Shown here piece by piece: positions 48,783 to 60,069 of a DNA stretch of 64,000 bases (positions are counted from its first letter, which is position 1; each line of letters starts with the position of its first letter). The position numbers were made by a program, and so were the translations under genes. The notes under the pieces were generated by a model. The model saw nothing but the letters and a program-made list of their open reading frames with translations. It was not told the origin of the DNA and ran no database searches. This DNA is from Halobacteriales archaeon QS_5_68_33 (GTDB lineage: Archaea; Halobacteriota; Halobacteria; Halobacteriales; Haloarculaceae). The stretch covers positions 57,033 to 121,032 of the forward strand of contig PXRS01000077.1 of the NCBI GenBank assembly GCA_003023785.1. The letters run 5' to 3'.

Positions 48783-50915
48783 TCACCGCTCGACGCCGCC
48801 GGTCGCCTCGACGAGCAACTCGGCGACGTCGACTATCTCCAGGTCGTCCTCGTAGCCGCCGGTCTTGCGGCCGTCCTCGTACATCGTCATGCACATCGGA
48901 CAGGCGACGACGAACTTCTCGACCGCGCTCCCGACGCTCGTGTCCTCCAGCGCCTCTCGCAGGCGCTCCTCGCTGGGTTTGGGCTCCTCGTCGAACTCCA
49001 TCCAGAGGCCGCCCCCGCCGCCGCCACAGCAAAAGGAGTCCTTCCGGTTGCGGGGCATCTCCGCGAGGTCACAGCCCGTCGCGCGGATCAGCTCGCGGGG
49101 CGCCTCGTACTCGTCGTTGTACCGCCCGAGGTGACAGGGGTCGTGGTAGGTCACGGTGTAATCGAGTTCGTCGCCGGTCAGGCCGAGGCGACCGTCCGCG
49201 ACGAGTTCCTCGACGACCTGCGTCCAGTGAAAGACCGGCGCGCCGTCCCACGATTCGACGTCGAAGCCCATCATCGGGTCGTCGGCGTACTCGGCGAAGT
49301 CGACCTCCGGGTACTCGTTTTTGAAGGTGTTGAACGAGTGGGGGTCGGTACAGACGATCTTCTCGAACTCGCACTCGGCGAACGACTCGACGTGGTGGCC
49401 GGCCTGCTCGATGAAGAGGAACTCCTCGCCGACCCGGCGGATGTCGTTGCCGTCGTACTGCTCGTCCTCGTAGAGGATGCCGTACTCGACGCCGGCGCGC
49501 TCGAACAGCGTCGCCAGCGAGCGGGCGACCTGCTTGTTGCGGTCGTCGTAGCTCGGGTAGTCGCCGACGTACCAGAGGTACTCGACCGACTGCTCGCGGG
49601 CGTCGGCGACGTCGAACTCCAGGTCCCCGCTCCAGTCGGCGCGGTCGCGGGCCGGGTCGCCGAACGTGTTGCCCTGCTGCATGACGTTTTGCATCGCGTC
49701 CTGGACGTTCGGGTCGACGTCGCCCTGGTCGACCAGTTGCCGGTTCAGCTTCGTGAAGCTCGTGAGGTGCTCGATCTCGACCGGACAGGCGTCCATGCAG
49801 GCCATGCAGGCCATGCACGACTCCATTGTCTCGGCGTCGATGACGCTGGTTCCCCCGTCGGCGATGATGGGGACCTCCTCGCCGCCGGCGTCGACCTGCT
49901 CGCGGTAGCCCTTGAGGTCCAAGATCACGTTGCGCGGGTCCAGCGGCCGGCCCGACGCCTTCGCCGGACAGACCGCCGAGCACCGCCCGCACTTCGTGCA
50001 GGCGTCCTGGTCGAGCTGTTCCTTCCAGGAGAAGTCGTCGATGCTCTCGGCGTTGGTCTCGTCGAGGTCCGCGGGCATCCCCGGGAGCCGCCTGCCCGCG
50101 TCCTCGTCGCGGGTGACGACGTTGGCGAACGAGGAGAGCATGTGGAACGGCTTGCCCAGGGGGATGGCCGCGATGAAGGCGAACGCGAGCAAGCTGTGTG
50201 ACCACCAGACGAGCGGATAGGCCGTCCGCGCGGCCTCCGGCCCCAGCCCGGCGCCCTGCAGGACGACGGCGACGGACCAGCCGACGAAGCTCACCGTCTC
50301 GAAGTCGGGATAGCCCTGGCCGAGGATCCGGACGCCCTCAGTGAGATAGCCGCCGACGCCCAGCAGGAACAGCGCCCAGACGAAGAGGTCATCCTCGAGG
50401 CTCGTGTGGCGGTCCCACAGGCGCTCGTTTCGTGCGACGTAGCGCCGGTAGAGGACGACGCCGAGCCCGACGACGAACAGGAGGCCCATCGCGTCCACGA
50501 CGAAGGAATAGGAGAGATAGAAGTCGCCGACGAAGAAGGACTCGCCGGTCAGCGGCCGGTAGATGTCGATGTCGATCCCGAGGATCGTGGTGGCGATGAG
50601 CAGCGTCAGAAAGCCCCACATGACGAGGGCGTGCATGACCCCGCCGACGGTATCGCGGTCGAACAGCGTTTCGTTGGATATCACCGTCTTCGCCGCCGAG
50701 AGGGTTCGCCGGGGGAGCTCATCGAGCCTGTCGAACGGGTCGGCGTCCCCCCGGGTGTACCGGGTCACGCGCTGATAGCTCCCGAGGAGGAACACCGCGA
50801 CCGTGACCGCCGCCAGATAGTAGAAGGCCGCCTTCCCGACCGGACCGACCAGCCAGAACGTCGGCCGGGTTACCTCCCCGCCGGCCTGGAGCAGTGCCAT
50901 ATCGGGACGTGGCAC
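48783..50915 (-). CDS. membrane-anchored Fe-S oxidoreductase (NarI/DsrM-like TM domain + 2x[4Fe-4S] + two CCG domains; EtfD/HdrD-like)
   Basis: N-terminal polytopic domain of about 300 aa, CTKCGRCSAVCP and CMACMACMDACP clusters, and C-terminal Cys-rich CCG-type repeats (FCCGGGGG). An alternative ATG lies at 50900. Confidence 0.8.
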   Translation of the reverse strand: MPRPDMALLQAGGEVTRPTFWLVGPVGKAAFYYLAAVTVAVFLLGSYQRVTRYTRGDADPFDRLDELPRRTLSAAKTVISNETLFDRDTVGGVMHALVMWGFLTLLIATTILGIDIDIYRPLTGESFFVGDFYLSYSFVVDAMGLLFVVGLGVVLYRRYVARNERLWDRHTSLEDDLFVWALFLLGVGGYLTEGVRILGQGYPDFETVSFVGWSVAVVLQGAGLGPEAARTAYPLVWWSHSLLAFAFIAAIPLGKPFHMLSSFANVVTRDEDAGRRLPGMPADLDETNAESIDDFSWKEQLDQDACTKCGRCSAVCPAKASGRPLDPRNVILDLKGYREQVDAGGEEVPIIADGGTSVIDAETMESCMACMACMDACPVEIEHLTSFTKLNRQLVDQGDVDPNVQDAMQNVMQQGNTFGDPARDRADWSGDLEFDVADAREQSVEYLWYVGDYPSYDDRNKQVARSLATLFERAGVEYGILYEDEQYDGNDIRRVGEEFLFIEQAGHHVESFAECEFEKIVCTDPHSFNTFKNEYPEVDFAEYADDPMMGFDVESWDGAPVFHWTQVVEELVADGRLGLTGDELDYTVTYHDPCHLGRYNDEYEAPRELIRATGCDLAEMPRNRKDSFCCGGGGGGLWMEFDEEPKPSEERLREALEDTSVGSAVEKFVVACPMCMTMYEDGRKTGGYEDDLEIVDVAELLVEATGGVER

Positions 50916-51000
50916 GACCGTCGCTTAAAACTTCCTTCGGTTCCACAGTTTACCAGTACGCCGAGGGGTTGGGGCGGCCGGAATCGCCGCCCCCGCGTCG

Positions 51001-51030
51001 TGCGGTCGGTTGCAATCCTGCCGGCTGTAA
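51001..51030. repeat. adjacent solo TIR fragments of family 1 and family 3
   Basis: TGCGGTCGGTTGC (family 1-like, preceded by TCG), then CCTGCCGGCTGTAA (family 3-like), directly abutting the family 2 element. Confidence 0.5.
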
Positions 51031-51138
51031 TACTGCCGGACACAAGTACGTGAACGCGCTCATCGACGTTCGGGGACATGTATCTCGAAGACCCCGAAAC
51101 AGCCACCGGGACGGTGGCATCACTTGTGTCCGACAGTA
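51031..51138 (-). mobile_element. MITE-like element, family 2 (108 bp)
   Basis: TIRs TACTGCCGGACACAAGT ... ACTTGTGTCCGACAGTA. About 94% identical to the reverse complement of 63881-63988. The right flank TCA (51139-41) is the stop codon of the ABC permease. Confidence 0.85.
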
Positions 51139-52380
51139 TCACTCCTCGCCGGACTCGTAGTGCTCCCCTGCCGCGGAGGGGATCCGGGTGCGGCCGACCA
51201 GCGCGAGGACGACGATGACCATCACGAAGGGGGTGACCCGGATGAGCTGGTTGGGGACGCCGACGTCGCGCAACTGGAGGACGATCTGCAGCGCGTCGAG
51301 GCCCGCGAACAAAAGCGTCGAGAGGAACGCGCCGACGGGGTTGTAGTTGCCGAAGAGGTAGGCGACGATGGCGATGAACCCCTTGCCGTTGACCATCGTG
51401 GGGCCGTTGCCGGTGAACTGGCCGAGCGTCAGCGAGAGGGCCGACCCGCCCATCCCCGAGAGAACGCCCGACAGCAAGACTGCGGCGTACCGGACGCGGC
51501 TGACGTCGACGCCGGCGGTGTCCAGCGCCCGGGGATTCTCGCCGCTGGCCCGGACCCATCGGCCGAACTGCGTCCGGTAGAGGCCGTACCACGACAGCGC
51601 CACCATCAGGAAGGTCAGGTACACGACGACGTTCGCCTCGACCAGCGCCCCGACGAGGACGACGACGACCACGTAGTGGACAGCGCCCGCGACGGTCACG
51701 ACCGCCTCGACCAGCAATCCCGCGAGCGGGACGCCGCCGGTCGCGTTCCGGAGGCCCGTGGCGACGGTGACGACGGCGGCGCCGAACCCCGTTGCGGCCG
51801 AGACGAGCACCCTCAGCACGTCGCCGACGACCGGCAGGCCGAGGACGACGTCGGCGGCACTGGGGGGCGTCCGGACGCTCGTGGTGTTGGGTGCGCCGTA
51901 GATGACCTGCGAGGCGAAGGGGGCGAGGCCGAGCGCGATCAGCCAGACGGCGAGACCGGCGATGATCTGGTCGGCGCGGAACTCGATGCAGACGACGGCG
52001 AACAGCGCCGCGAGGAGGGTGCTCGCGACCACCCCCGCGCCGAAGCCGACCCAGAGGTTGCCGGTCAGGTCCGTCGCGTAGATGGCCCCGAACGCCGAGA
52101 TGATCAACAGCCCCTCCAGGCCGATGTTGATGACGCCGCTCTTCTCGGCGAAGATACCCCCGAGCGCCGCCAGCACGATGGGCACCGACAGCCGCAGCGC
52201 GGAACTGAGCGTGCCCGCGGAGAAAATGACGTCGACCAGCGTGCCCGCGATGGTCCCCGGGAAGAGGAGGCCGAGGGCCGTGAACGCCGCGAACGCGACG
52301 CCGCTGGCGACCGCGGCCTGGCCGCGCCTGCCGAGGTCCAGGTCGGCCCCGCGCCGGCGCACCCGTTCGAGCGTGCTCAT
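51139..52380 (-). CDS. BMP-family (nucleoside/simple sugar type) ABC transporter permease
   Basis: Starts at MSTLERV (ATGA overlap with the upstream gene). GIFAEKSGVINIGLEGLL and RASGENPRALDTAGV blocks. Confidence 0.8.
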   Translation of the reverse strand: MSTLERVRRRGADLDLGRRGQAAVASGVAFAAFTALGLLFPGTIAGTLVDVIFSAGTLSSALRLSVPIVLAALGGIFAEKSGVINIGLEGLLIISAFGAIYATDLTGNLWVGFGAGVVASTLLAALFAVVCIEFRADQIIAGLAVWLIALGLAPFASQVIYGAPNTTSVRTPPSAADVVLGLPVVGDVLRVLVSAATGFGAAVVTVATGLRNATGGVPLAGLLVEAVVTVAGAVHYVVVVVLVGALVEANVVVYLTFLMVALSWYGLYRTQFGRWVRASGENPRALDTAGVDVSRVRYAAVLLSGVLSGMGGSALSLTLGQFTGNGPTMVNGKGFIAIVAYLFGNYNPVGAFLSTLLFAGLDALQIVLQLRDVGVPNQLIRVTPFVMVIVVLALVGRTRIPSAAGEHYESGEE

Positions 52381-53761
52381 TCGCGCCCACCTCCTGGATC
52401 CCGCCCCGGACCGTCGACGGCGTCGCCCCCGCCTCCGCGGACCTGCTCGCCGTCGGCGGAGCGGGCATCGTCGCCACGGAAGCGCCCGCCGTCGGTCGCG
52501 GCCGTGCCCGGCTCGGTCGGTCGACCGCGCTCGGGCGGGACGACGCGGCGGCCGAGCATGCGGAAGAACTCCGGCATGGCGACGAAGAGGATTATCAGGC
52601 CCCGGAGGACGCCCACCAGTTGCGGGGGGACGTCGGTGGCGAACTGGACGACGGTCGTGCCGCTCTTGAGGACGCCGAAGAGGAGCGCGGCGAAGGGCAC
52701 GCCCAGCGGGTTGTTGCCCGCGAGGATGGCGACGGTGATCCCGTCGAACCCGTAGGCGGGCACGCCCGTCTCGAAGTTCCCCAGGATCATCAGGACGTAG
52801 ACGGCGCCGGCCAGCCCGCCCAGCGCCCCGGAGAGGGTCATGCTCGCGACGATCGTCCGCCTGGCGTCGACGCCGCCGTACTCCGCCGCCTGGGGCTGGA
52901 CGCCGCTGGTCCGGATGTCGTAGCCGAACGAGGTCCGCGAGAGGAGGTAGGCGAGCGCGAGGACGGCCGCGAGCGCGAAGACGAGCGCCAGGACCGAGAA
53001 GCCGAACCGCCCGCCGAACAGGACCGGCGGGAAGAGCGCGTCGTCGGGCAGGGGGACGGTCTGGTTGGCCTGGCTGGCGGGGTCTTTGAACACCTCGCTG
53101 ACCAGAAAGAGGACCACGCCCGTCGCGATGAAGTTCAGCATGATGGTCGTGATCACCTCGTTCGCGTCGGCGTAGGCCTTCAGCGCGCCCGGGATCGCGC
53201 CGTAGAACCCGCCGAACGCCGCGCCGACCAGCAGGCCGAACGGGACCAGGAGGACGGCCCCGACGACCCCGGAGACCAGCGGCGCGACCCACAGGACGAC
53301 CAGTGCCGTCGCCAGCGCGCCGACGACCATCTGACCCTGGGTGCCGATGTTGAAGATGCCCGCCCGGAAGGCCAGCGCCACCGAGAGGCCGGTGAACACC
53401 AGCACCGTCGTCTCGCGGAGCGTGACGGCGATCTGTCCGTCCAGCGGGTCCCAGCCCGGCGAGAGCGGGTCCGCGAGCGCACCCAGGAACAGGCGGTCGA
53501 AGACGGTCACCGGGTCGTGGCAGAACCCCATCCGGAACAGTTCGGGGATACCCACCCGGAACAGGCCCGGGACCCCGACGGACGTCGGGTGGGTGAGCAC
53601 GAACGCCGCGGCGTCACAGGTGGTCATTCGCCCCGCGACGAGGATGATGACCGTCCCGATGGCCACCGCAAGGACGAGCGATGCGAGGCTGATGAGCGCC
53701 CGCTCGACCGCCGAGGCGGCGACGAGTCGTTCGAGCGCTCGCCGCCCGCGCTCGCGGACGC

Positions 53762-53765
<4 letters not shown>
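52377..53765 (-). CDS. BMP-family ABC transporter permease
   Basis: 462 aa with AFRAGIFNIGTQGQM and RTSGVQPQAAEYGGV blocks. Gly/Asp/Arg-rich C-terminal tail. Confidence 0.8.
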
Positions 53766-55390
<1,625 letters not shown>

Positions 55391-55409
55391 CGTGGATCGG
55401 ACCGGGTGG

Positions 55410-56603
55410 TCAGGCGTTGTCCGGGTCCGTCGGGACGGAGACGTCGCCGTCGACGATGGCCTGCCGCGAGTCCGAGACCGCGCTTTTGACGTTTTCGGGG
55501 ATCTCCGAGCCGAACTGCTCGCCGTAGACGATGCCGACGCCCTCCTCGTCGAGGCCGAGCGAGACGACGGACCCCCCCTGGAACTCGTCGTCGACGACGG
55601 ACTCGATGGCGTCGTAGACGGCAGTGTCGACGCCCTTGACCATGCTCGCGAGGATGACGTCCTGGAAGTCCGGGAGCGTCAGCGACTGGTCGCGGTCGAC
55701 GCCGATGGCGAACCGCTCGCGGTCCTGAGCGGCCTGGAAAACGCCAGTGCCGGTGTTGCCGGCGGCATGATACACGATGTCCGCGCCGCTGTCGTACATC
55801 GCGAGTGCCGCCTCGCGGCCGCCGGTCGGGTCGTTGAAATCGCCCACGTAGTTGGTGATGACGTCGATGTCCTCGCTGGCCGCCTTCGCGCCGGCGGTGT
55901 ACCCGGCCTCGAACTTCCGGATGAGGTCGGACTCGACGCCGCCGACGAACCCGACGTTCGTCGAGTCGCCGTCGGTCGACCCCGCGCCCGCCTCGAAGTC
56001 CTGCGTCGTGAGCAGGCCGGCCATCTGGCCGACGAGGTACGACCCCTCGTGTTCCTTGAAGGTGTAACTCGCGACGTTCGGGGCGTCGACGACGCTGTCG
56101 ACCAGCATGAAGCCCTGGTCGGGGTAGTTCTCCGACGTCGTGGCCAGCGCGTCGGTCTGGAGGAAGCCGATACAGCAGACCAGGTCGTAGCCGGGGTCCG
56201 ACGACTCCGCGTACTGGCGCTGATACGTGCTGAACTCGTCGGTCCCCTCGGGCTGGGACTCCCGGTACTCGATCTCGAAGTCCTCCTCGGCGTCGAACAG
56301 CCCCTGCTGAGCCTGGTCGTTGAACGACCCGTCGCCCAGGCCGCCCGTCGCGTACACCATCCCGATCTGTGTCGGGTCCATCGGCGTGGCCGTCTCCATC
56401 GCCGTCTCCGTCGGCGTTCCGTCCATCCCGTCGCCACCGTCCTCGCCGTCGCCACTGTCGCCGTCACTCCCGTCGCCGCCACCGTCACCCGCGGCCTCGG
56501 TCGGGGTCGGCGTCGACTCGTCCGGTCCGCCGGTACACCCGGCCAACCCACCGAGCCCGGCCGCACCGAGCACCTTGAGTAGTTGCCGTCTCTCGGAATC
56601 CAT
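55410..56603 (-). CDS. BMP-family (Med/PnrA-like) substrate-binding lipoprotein
   Basis: Tat/lipobox RRQLLKVLGAAGLGGLAGC, an acidic Gly/Asp linker, and BMP blocks (GGLGDGSFND, GFVGGV, DIVYHAAGNTG). Confidence 0.82.
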   Translation of the reverse strand: MDSERRQLLKVLGAAGLGGLAGCTGGPDESTPTPTEAAGDGGGDGSDGDSGDGEDGGDGMDGTPTETAMETATPMDPTQIGMVYATGGLGDGSFNDQAQQGLFDAEEDFEIEYRESQPEGTDEFSTYQRQYAESSDPGYDLVCCIGFLQTDALATTSENYPDQGFMLVDSVVDAPNVASYTFKEHEGSYLVGQMAGLLTTQDFEAGAGSTDGDSTNVGFVGGVESDLIRKFEAGYTAGAKAASEDIDVITNYVGDFNDPTGGREAALAMYDSGADIVYHAAGNTGTGVFQAAQDRERFAIGVDRDQSLTLPDFQDVILASMVKGVDTAVYDAIESVVDDEFQGGSVVSLGLDEEGVGIVYGEQFGSEIPENVKSAVSDSRQAIVDGDVSVPTDPDNA

Positions 56604-57052
56604 GTTCGGGCACACAGACACGTGAGCGGGTCATAAAGCCGTCGCCGTCACCGCCACGTTCGAAGAGATCCGGTCACGGAGCTCTCCTATCGAAGGGAGG
56701 ATCCTCGCCGGTCTATACGGACCGGCCTCTCCCGTTGAAAACGGCTTTGTTGCGGTTCTCCAGCATGTATATCGGTCTTATATTTTGGACCGTGGTTCGC
56801 TCAACGGGACCCGTCCCGATACTCCGGCGGCAGTCCGGTCGATCCGGTCGTGGTTGCCACACTTCGGGTTTCCGGACAGCAGTTGGAAATCGAGCACCGA
56901 TATTATCAGTATCTTTATCTGATCGGTCAAACAACAGATATCGTAAGTATCGTCCGAACGCCGAGTCCGGGACGGGCGAAACGGCCTCGAACCGGACGTG
57001 GACCCGACAGGGAACGTCGATGTCACCGGGTTGCGCGAGGGGTCGCCCATCG

Positions 57053-57126
57053 TACGGTCGGTTGTAACTGTTTGCCGGTGATTCGCCGGGCGGGCGGATC
57101 CCGGAGATGACTGACAACCGACCGTA
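57053..57126 (-). mobile_element. MITE-like hairpin element, family 1, copy I (74 bp)
   Basis: TACGGTCGGTTGT...ACAACCGACCGTA with flanks TCG / TCA. Diverged core related to copy G. Confidence 0.75.
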
Positions 57127-57219
57127 TCAAACCCGGCGAGACGCTCGGCGTCCGTCCTCCCGCATCGCGGTCAGACGCGGAAGGGGAGCTTTATGAGGTG
57201 ATCGGCCCATCGCTTCGGT

Positions 57220-57996
57220 ATGCGATTCGTCCGCTACGACGACGACCAGCTCGGGCTGCTGACAGACGACGGCGACCCCGACCACGCGGTCGCGGACGTC
57301 GCCCTCCGGGCGCCGGTCGGCCGCCCCGGCAAGGTGGTCGCCGCGCCCCTGAACTACGAGAACCACATCGAGGAGGCGCTGGCCGACCGCGACATCACCA
57401 CCGACGAGTGGTTCTCGATCACGGACAAGGGCTACTTCCTGAAAGCGCCCTCCAGCGTCGTCGGCCCCGACCACGGGGTCGAACTCCCCTTCGCCGACCG
57501 GCGGACCGACCACGAGGTCGAACTCGCGTTCGTCATGGGCGCGGAGGCCAGGGACGTCCCTGCTGCGGAGGCCTGGGACCACATCTTCGGCTACACCGTT
57601 CTGCTGGACATCTCGCTGCGGGGCGACCAGGACCGCTCGAACCGCAAGTCCTACGACACCTTCACCGTAATCGGCCCGTGCGTGGCGACCCCCGACGAGG
57701 TGGGCGACCCCCAGGACCTGGAGATGCACCTCGACCTGAACGGCGAGCGCCGCCAGGCCGAGAACACCCGCGACATGGTCTACACCTGCGCCGACGTCGT
57801 CCAGTACGCCTCGCTGGGGACGACCCTGGAGGTGGGCGACGTGGTCACGACCGGGACGCCGGAGGGCGTCAGCGAACTCTCGGACGGCGACCGGATCGAG
57901 GCCGGCATCGAGGGCATCGGGTCGATGACCGTCGACGTGACCGAACGCGACGTCAGCTACGCCGAAGCCGACGTCTCGAAGGGCGGCCAGGAGTAG
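57220..57996 (+). CDS. fumarylacetoacetate hydrolase (FAH) family protein
   Basis: 258 aa with FAH-fold blocks (HEVELAFVMG, DISLRG, GDVVTTGTPEGV). Confidence 0.85.
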   Translation: MRFVRYDDDQLGLLTDDGDPDHAVADVALRAPVGRPGKVVAAPLNYENHIEEALADRDITTDEWFSITDKGYFLKAPSSVVGPDHGVELPFADRRTDHEVELAFVMGAEARDVPAAEAWDHIFGYTVLLDISLRGDQDRSNRKSYDTFTVIGPCVATPDEVGDPQDLEMHLDLNGERRQAENTRDMVYTCADVVQYASLGTTLEVGDVVTTGTPEGVSELSDGDRIEAGIEGIGSMTVDVTERDVSYAEADVSKGGQE

Positions 57997-58137
57997 GGGC
58001 GGCCGCGTCGCCGCAGGTCGGCGGGACCCGTCTGGGCGTGGTTCGGCGGACAACGCCAGGGGCCTGGGTCGGTACCTCGGTGCGCGGGACCGTCGGGAGT
58101 AGGCTTATGTCCGGCGGTGCCGAAGGCGTGGCAACCG

Positions 58138-58842
58138 ATGGCGCTCCTGGAAGTCGACTCGATAGACGCCGCCTACGGCAACGTACAGGTGCTCTGGGAC
58201 GTGAGCCTCTCCGTCGAGCGCGGCGAAACCGTCGCGTTGCTCGGGGCCAACGGCGCCGGGAAGACGACGACGCTGAAGACGATCTGTGGTGGTCTGACGC
58301 CCACGTCCGGGGACGTCCGGTTCGACGGGGAGTCGGTCGGCGACCTCCCCCACGAGGAGGTCGTCGCGAAGGGGGTCGCACACGTCCCCGAGGGTCGCGA
58401 GATGTTCACCGATAGCAGCGTCCGCGAGAACCTCGAACTCGGCGCCTACGTCGACCGGAGCGGGGTCGAGGAGCGTCTCGCGGAGGTCTACGGGGTCTTC
58501 CCGCGACTGGAGGAGCGGGCCGACCAGCGGGCGGGCACCCTCTCGGGGGGCGAACAGCAGATGCTCGCCATCGGCCGGGGGCTGATGAGCGACCCCGACC
58601 TCCTCCTGCTGGACGAAGCCAGCCTCGGCCTCGCGCCGGTGCTCGTCGAGGACGTCTTCGCGGCCATCGAGCGCATCAACGAGGAGGGGACGACGGTGTT
58701 GCTGGTCGAACAGGACATCTACAACGCCCTGGGCGTCGCCGACCGCGGCTACGTCGTCAAGACCGGGCGGATCACCCTCTCGGGGACCGCCGCGGAACTC
58801 GCAGAGGACGACCGCGTCGCGGAATCGTACCTCGGTGCCTGA
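58138..58842 (+). CDS. livF: branched-chain-type (Liv) ABC transporter ATP-binding protein, LivF-like
   Basis: LEVDSIDAAYGNVQVLWDVSL..GANGAGKTTTLK..VPEGREMF..LSGGEQQMLAIGR. The track start at 58117 is an alternative. Confidence 0.85.
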   Translation: MALLEVDSIDAAYGNVQVLWDVSLSVERGETVALLGANGAGKTTTLKTICGGLTPTSGDVRFDGESVGDLPHEEVVAKGVAHVPEGREMFTDSSVRENLELGAYVDRSGVEERLAEVYGVFPRLEERADQRAGTLSGGEQQMLAIGRGLMSDPDLLLLDEASLGLAPVLVEDVFAAIERINEEGTTVLLVEQDIYNALGVADRGYVVKTGRITLSGTAAELAEDDRVAESYLGA

Positions 58843-58899
58843 CCGGGGTCGGCGTATCCGGGCCCGACCGGAGTCGGCCCGAAAGGGCGGAACCGCCGG

Positions 58900-60069
58900 T
58901 CACTCCTCGCGGGGCGGGACGCTGGCGTCGCCGTCGGCGGTCGCCTCCGGGCCGGCCGTCGGGTCGGAACCGGGGCCGCCCTCCGTGGGCGTGCCGGGCT
59001 CGCCCGGCCCACCCCGCGTGAGGTCGGTGACGAGGTAGTCGTTCGCGAGTCCGTACAGCCCCTGCGGGACAAAGATGATGAAGAGGATGATGAGGACCCC
59101 CTCGACGGTGGTCGAGAGGCTGTCGACGAGCGCGGAGGTCCCGCCCTCCAGCGCGAAGAGGTCGGCGACGGTCCGGAGCGCGACGGGGAGGCCCTTGTCG
59201 AGCAGGACGAACAGCGCCGCACCCAGCAGGGGGCCGACGAAGGTGCCCATGCCCCCGAGGATGACGACGACCAGCGTGTCGATCGTCCAGGTGACCGCGA
59301 GCGTCGACTCGGGGTTGATATACAGCGTGTAGTGCCCGTACAGTGCACCGGCGAGGCCGGCGAAAAACGACGAGACGACGAAGGCGTAGACCTTGTACTT
59401 CAGGGGGTTGACGCCGAGGCTGCTGGCGGCGTCCTCGTCGTCGTGGACCGCCTGCATGGCCAGCCCGCCCGGCCCGCGGACGATGGAGTAGGTAACCCCG
59501 ACGGTGGCGACCGTCGCGGCGAGCGTCAGGTAGAACACCACGTCGCCGTGCGAGACCGGGACGCCGGGGAGGCCGAGGTCGCTGTCGATGTAGTAGCCGG
59601 TCGACCCGCCGGTCAGCGAGCGCTGGTCGAGCATCACGAGTTCGATGACGGCCGCGAGCGCCAGCGTCCCGATGGCGAAGTAGTGGCCCCGCAACCGGAA
59701 GATGATGCCCCCCAGGACCAGCGCGACGAGCGCCGACGCCAGCCCGCCGACGAGGACGGCCACCAGCACCGGCAACTGGAGCGACTCCGGGAACCCCGCC
59801 CCGGAGGGCGTCGTCAGCCACGCGGCGACGAACGCGCCCATGCCGAAGAAGGCGGCGTGACCCAGCGAGATCTGGCCGGCGTAGCCCGCCAGCAGGTTCC
59901 AGGAGACGCCGAGCATGACGAACACCAGGCCGGTCAGAACAAGGCCGGTCAGCGCCTCGGTCGTCGCGAGCGGGACCGCCGCCAGCGCCAGGACGGCGAC
60001 GACGGCGGCCGCCTGGAGGCGCCGGTCGGCCAGCAGCGACCCCTCCGGGTGGCGCTCCAGGAGGCTCAT
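58900..60069 (-). CDS. livM: Liv-type ABC transporter permease (LivM-like)
   Basis: Starts at MSLLERH, overlapping the livH stop. NLLAGYAGQISLGHAAFFGMGAF block. Pro/Gly/Glu-rich C-terminal tail. Confidence 0.82.
   Translation of the reverse strand: MSLLERHPEGSLLADRRLQAAAVVAVLALAAVPLATTEALTGLVLTGLVFVMLGVSWNLLAGYAGQISLGHAAFFGMGAFVAAWLTTPSGAGFPESLQLPVLVAVLVGGLASALVALVLGGIIFRLRGHYFAIGTLALAAVIELVMLDQRSLTGGSTGYYIDSDLGLPGVPVSHGDVVFYLTLAATVATVGVTYSIVRGPGGLAMQAVHDDEDAASSLGVNPLKYKVYAFVVSSFFAGLAGALYGHYTLYINPESTLAVTWTIDTLVVVILGGMGTFVGPLLGAALFVLLDKGLPVALRTVADLFALEGGTSALVDSLSTTVEGVLIILFIIFVPQGLYGLANDYLVTDLTRGGPGEPGTPTEGGPGSDPTAGPEATADGDASVPPREE

Noticed and set aside
56713-57117. Track ORFs of 86-134 aa in the region upstream of the BMP transporter.
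   Set aside because: Atypical composition, mutually overlapping frames, and they run into MITE copy I.
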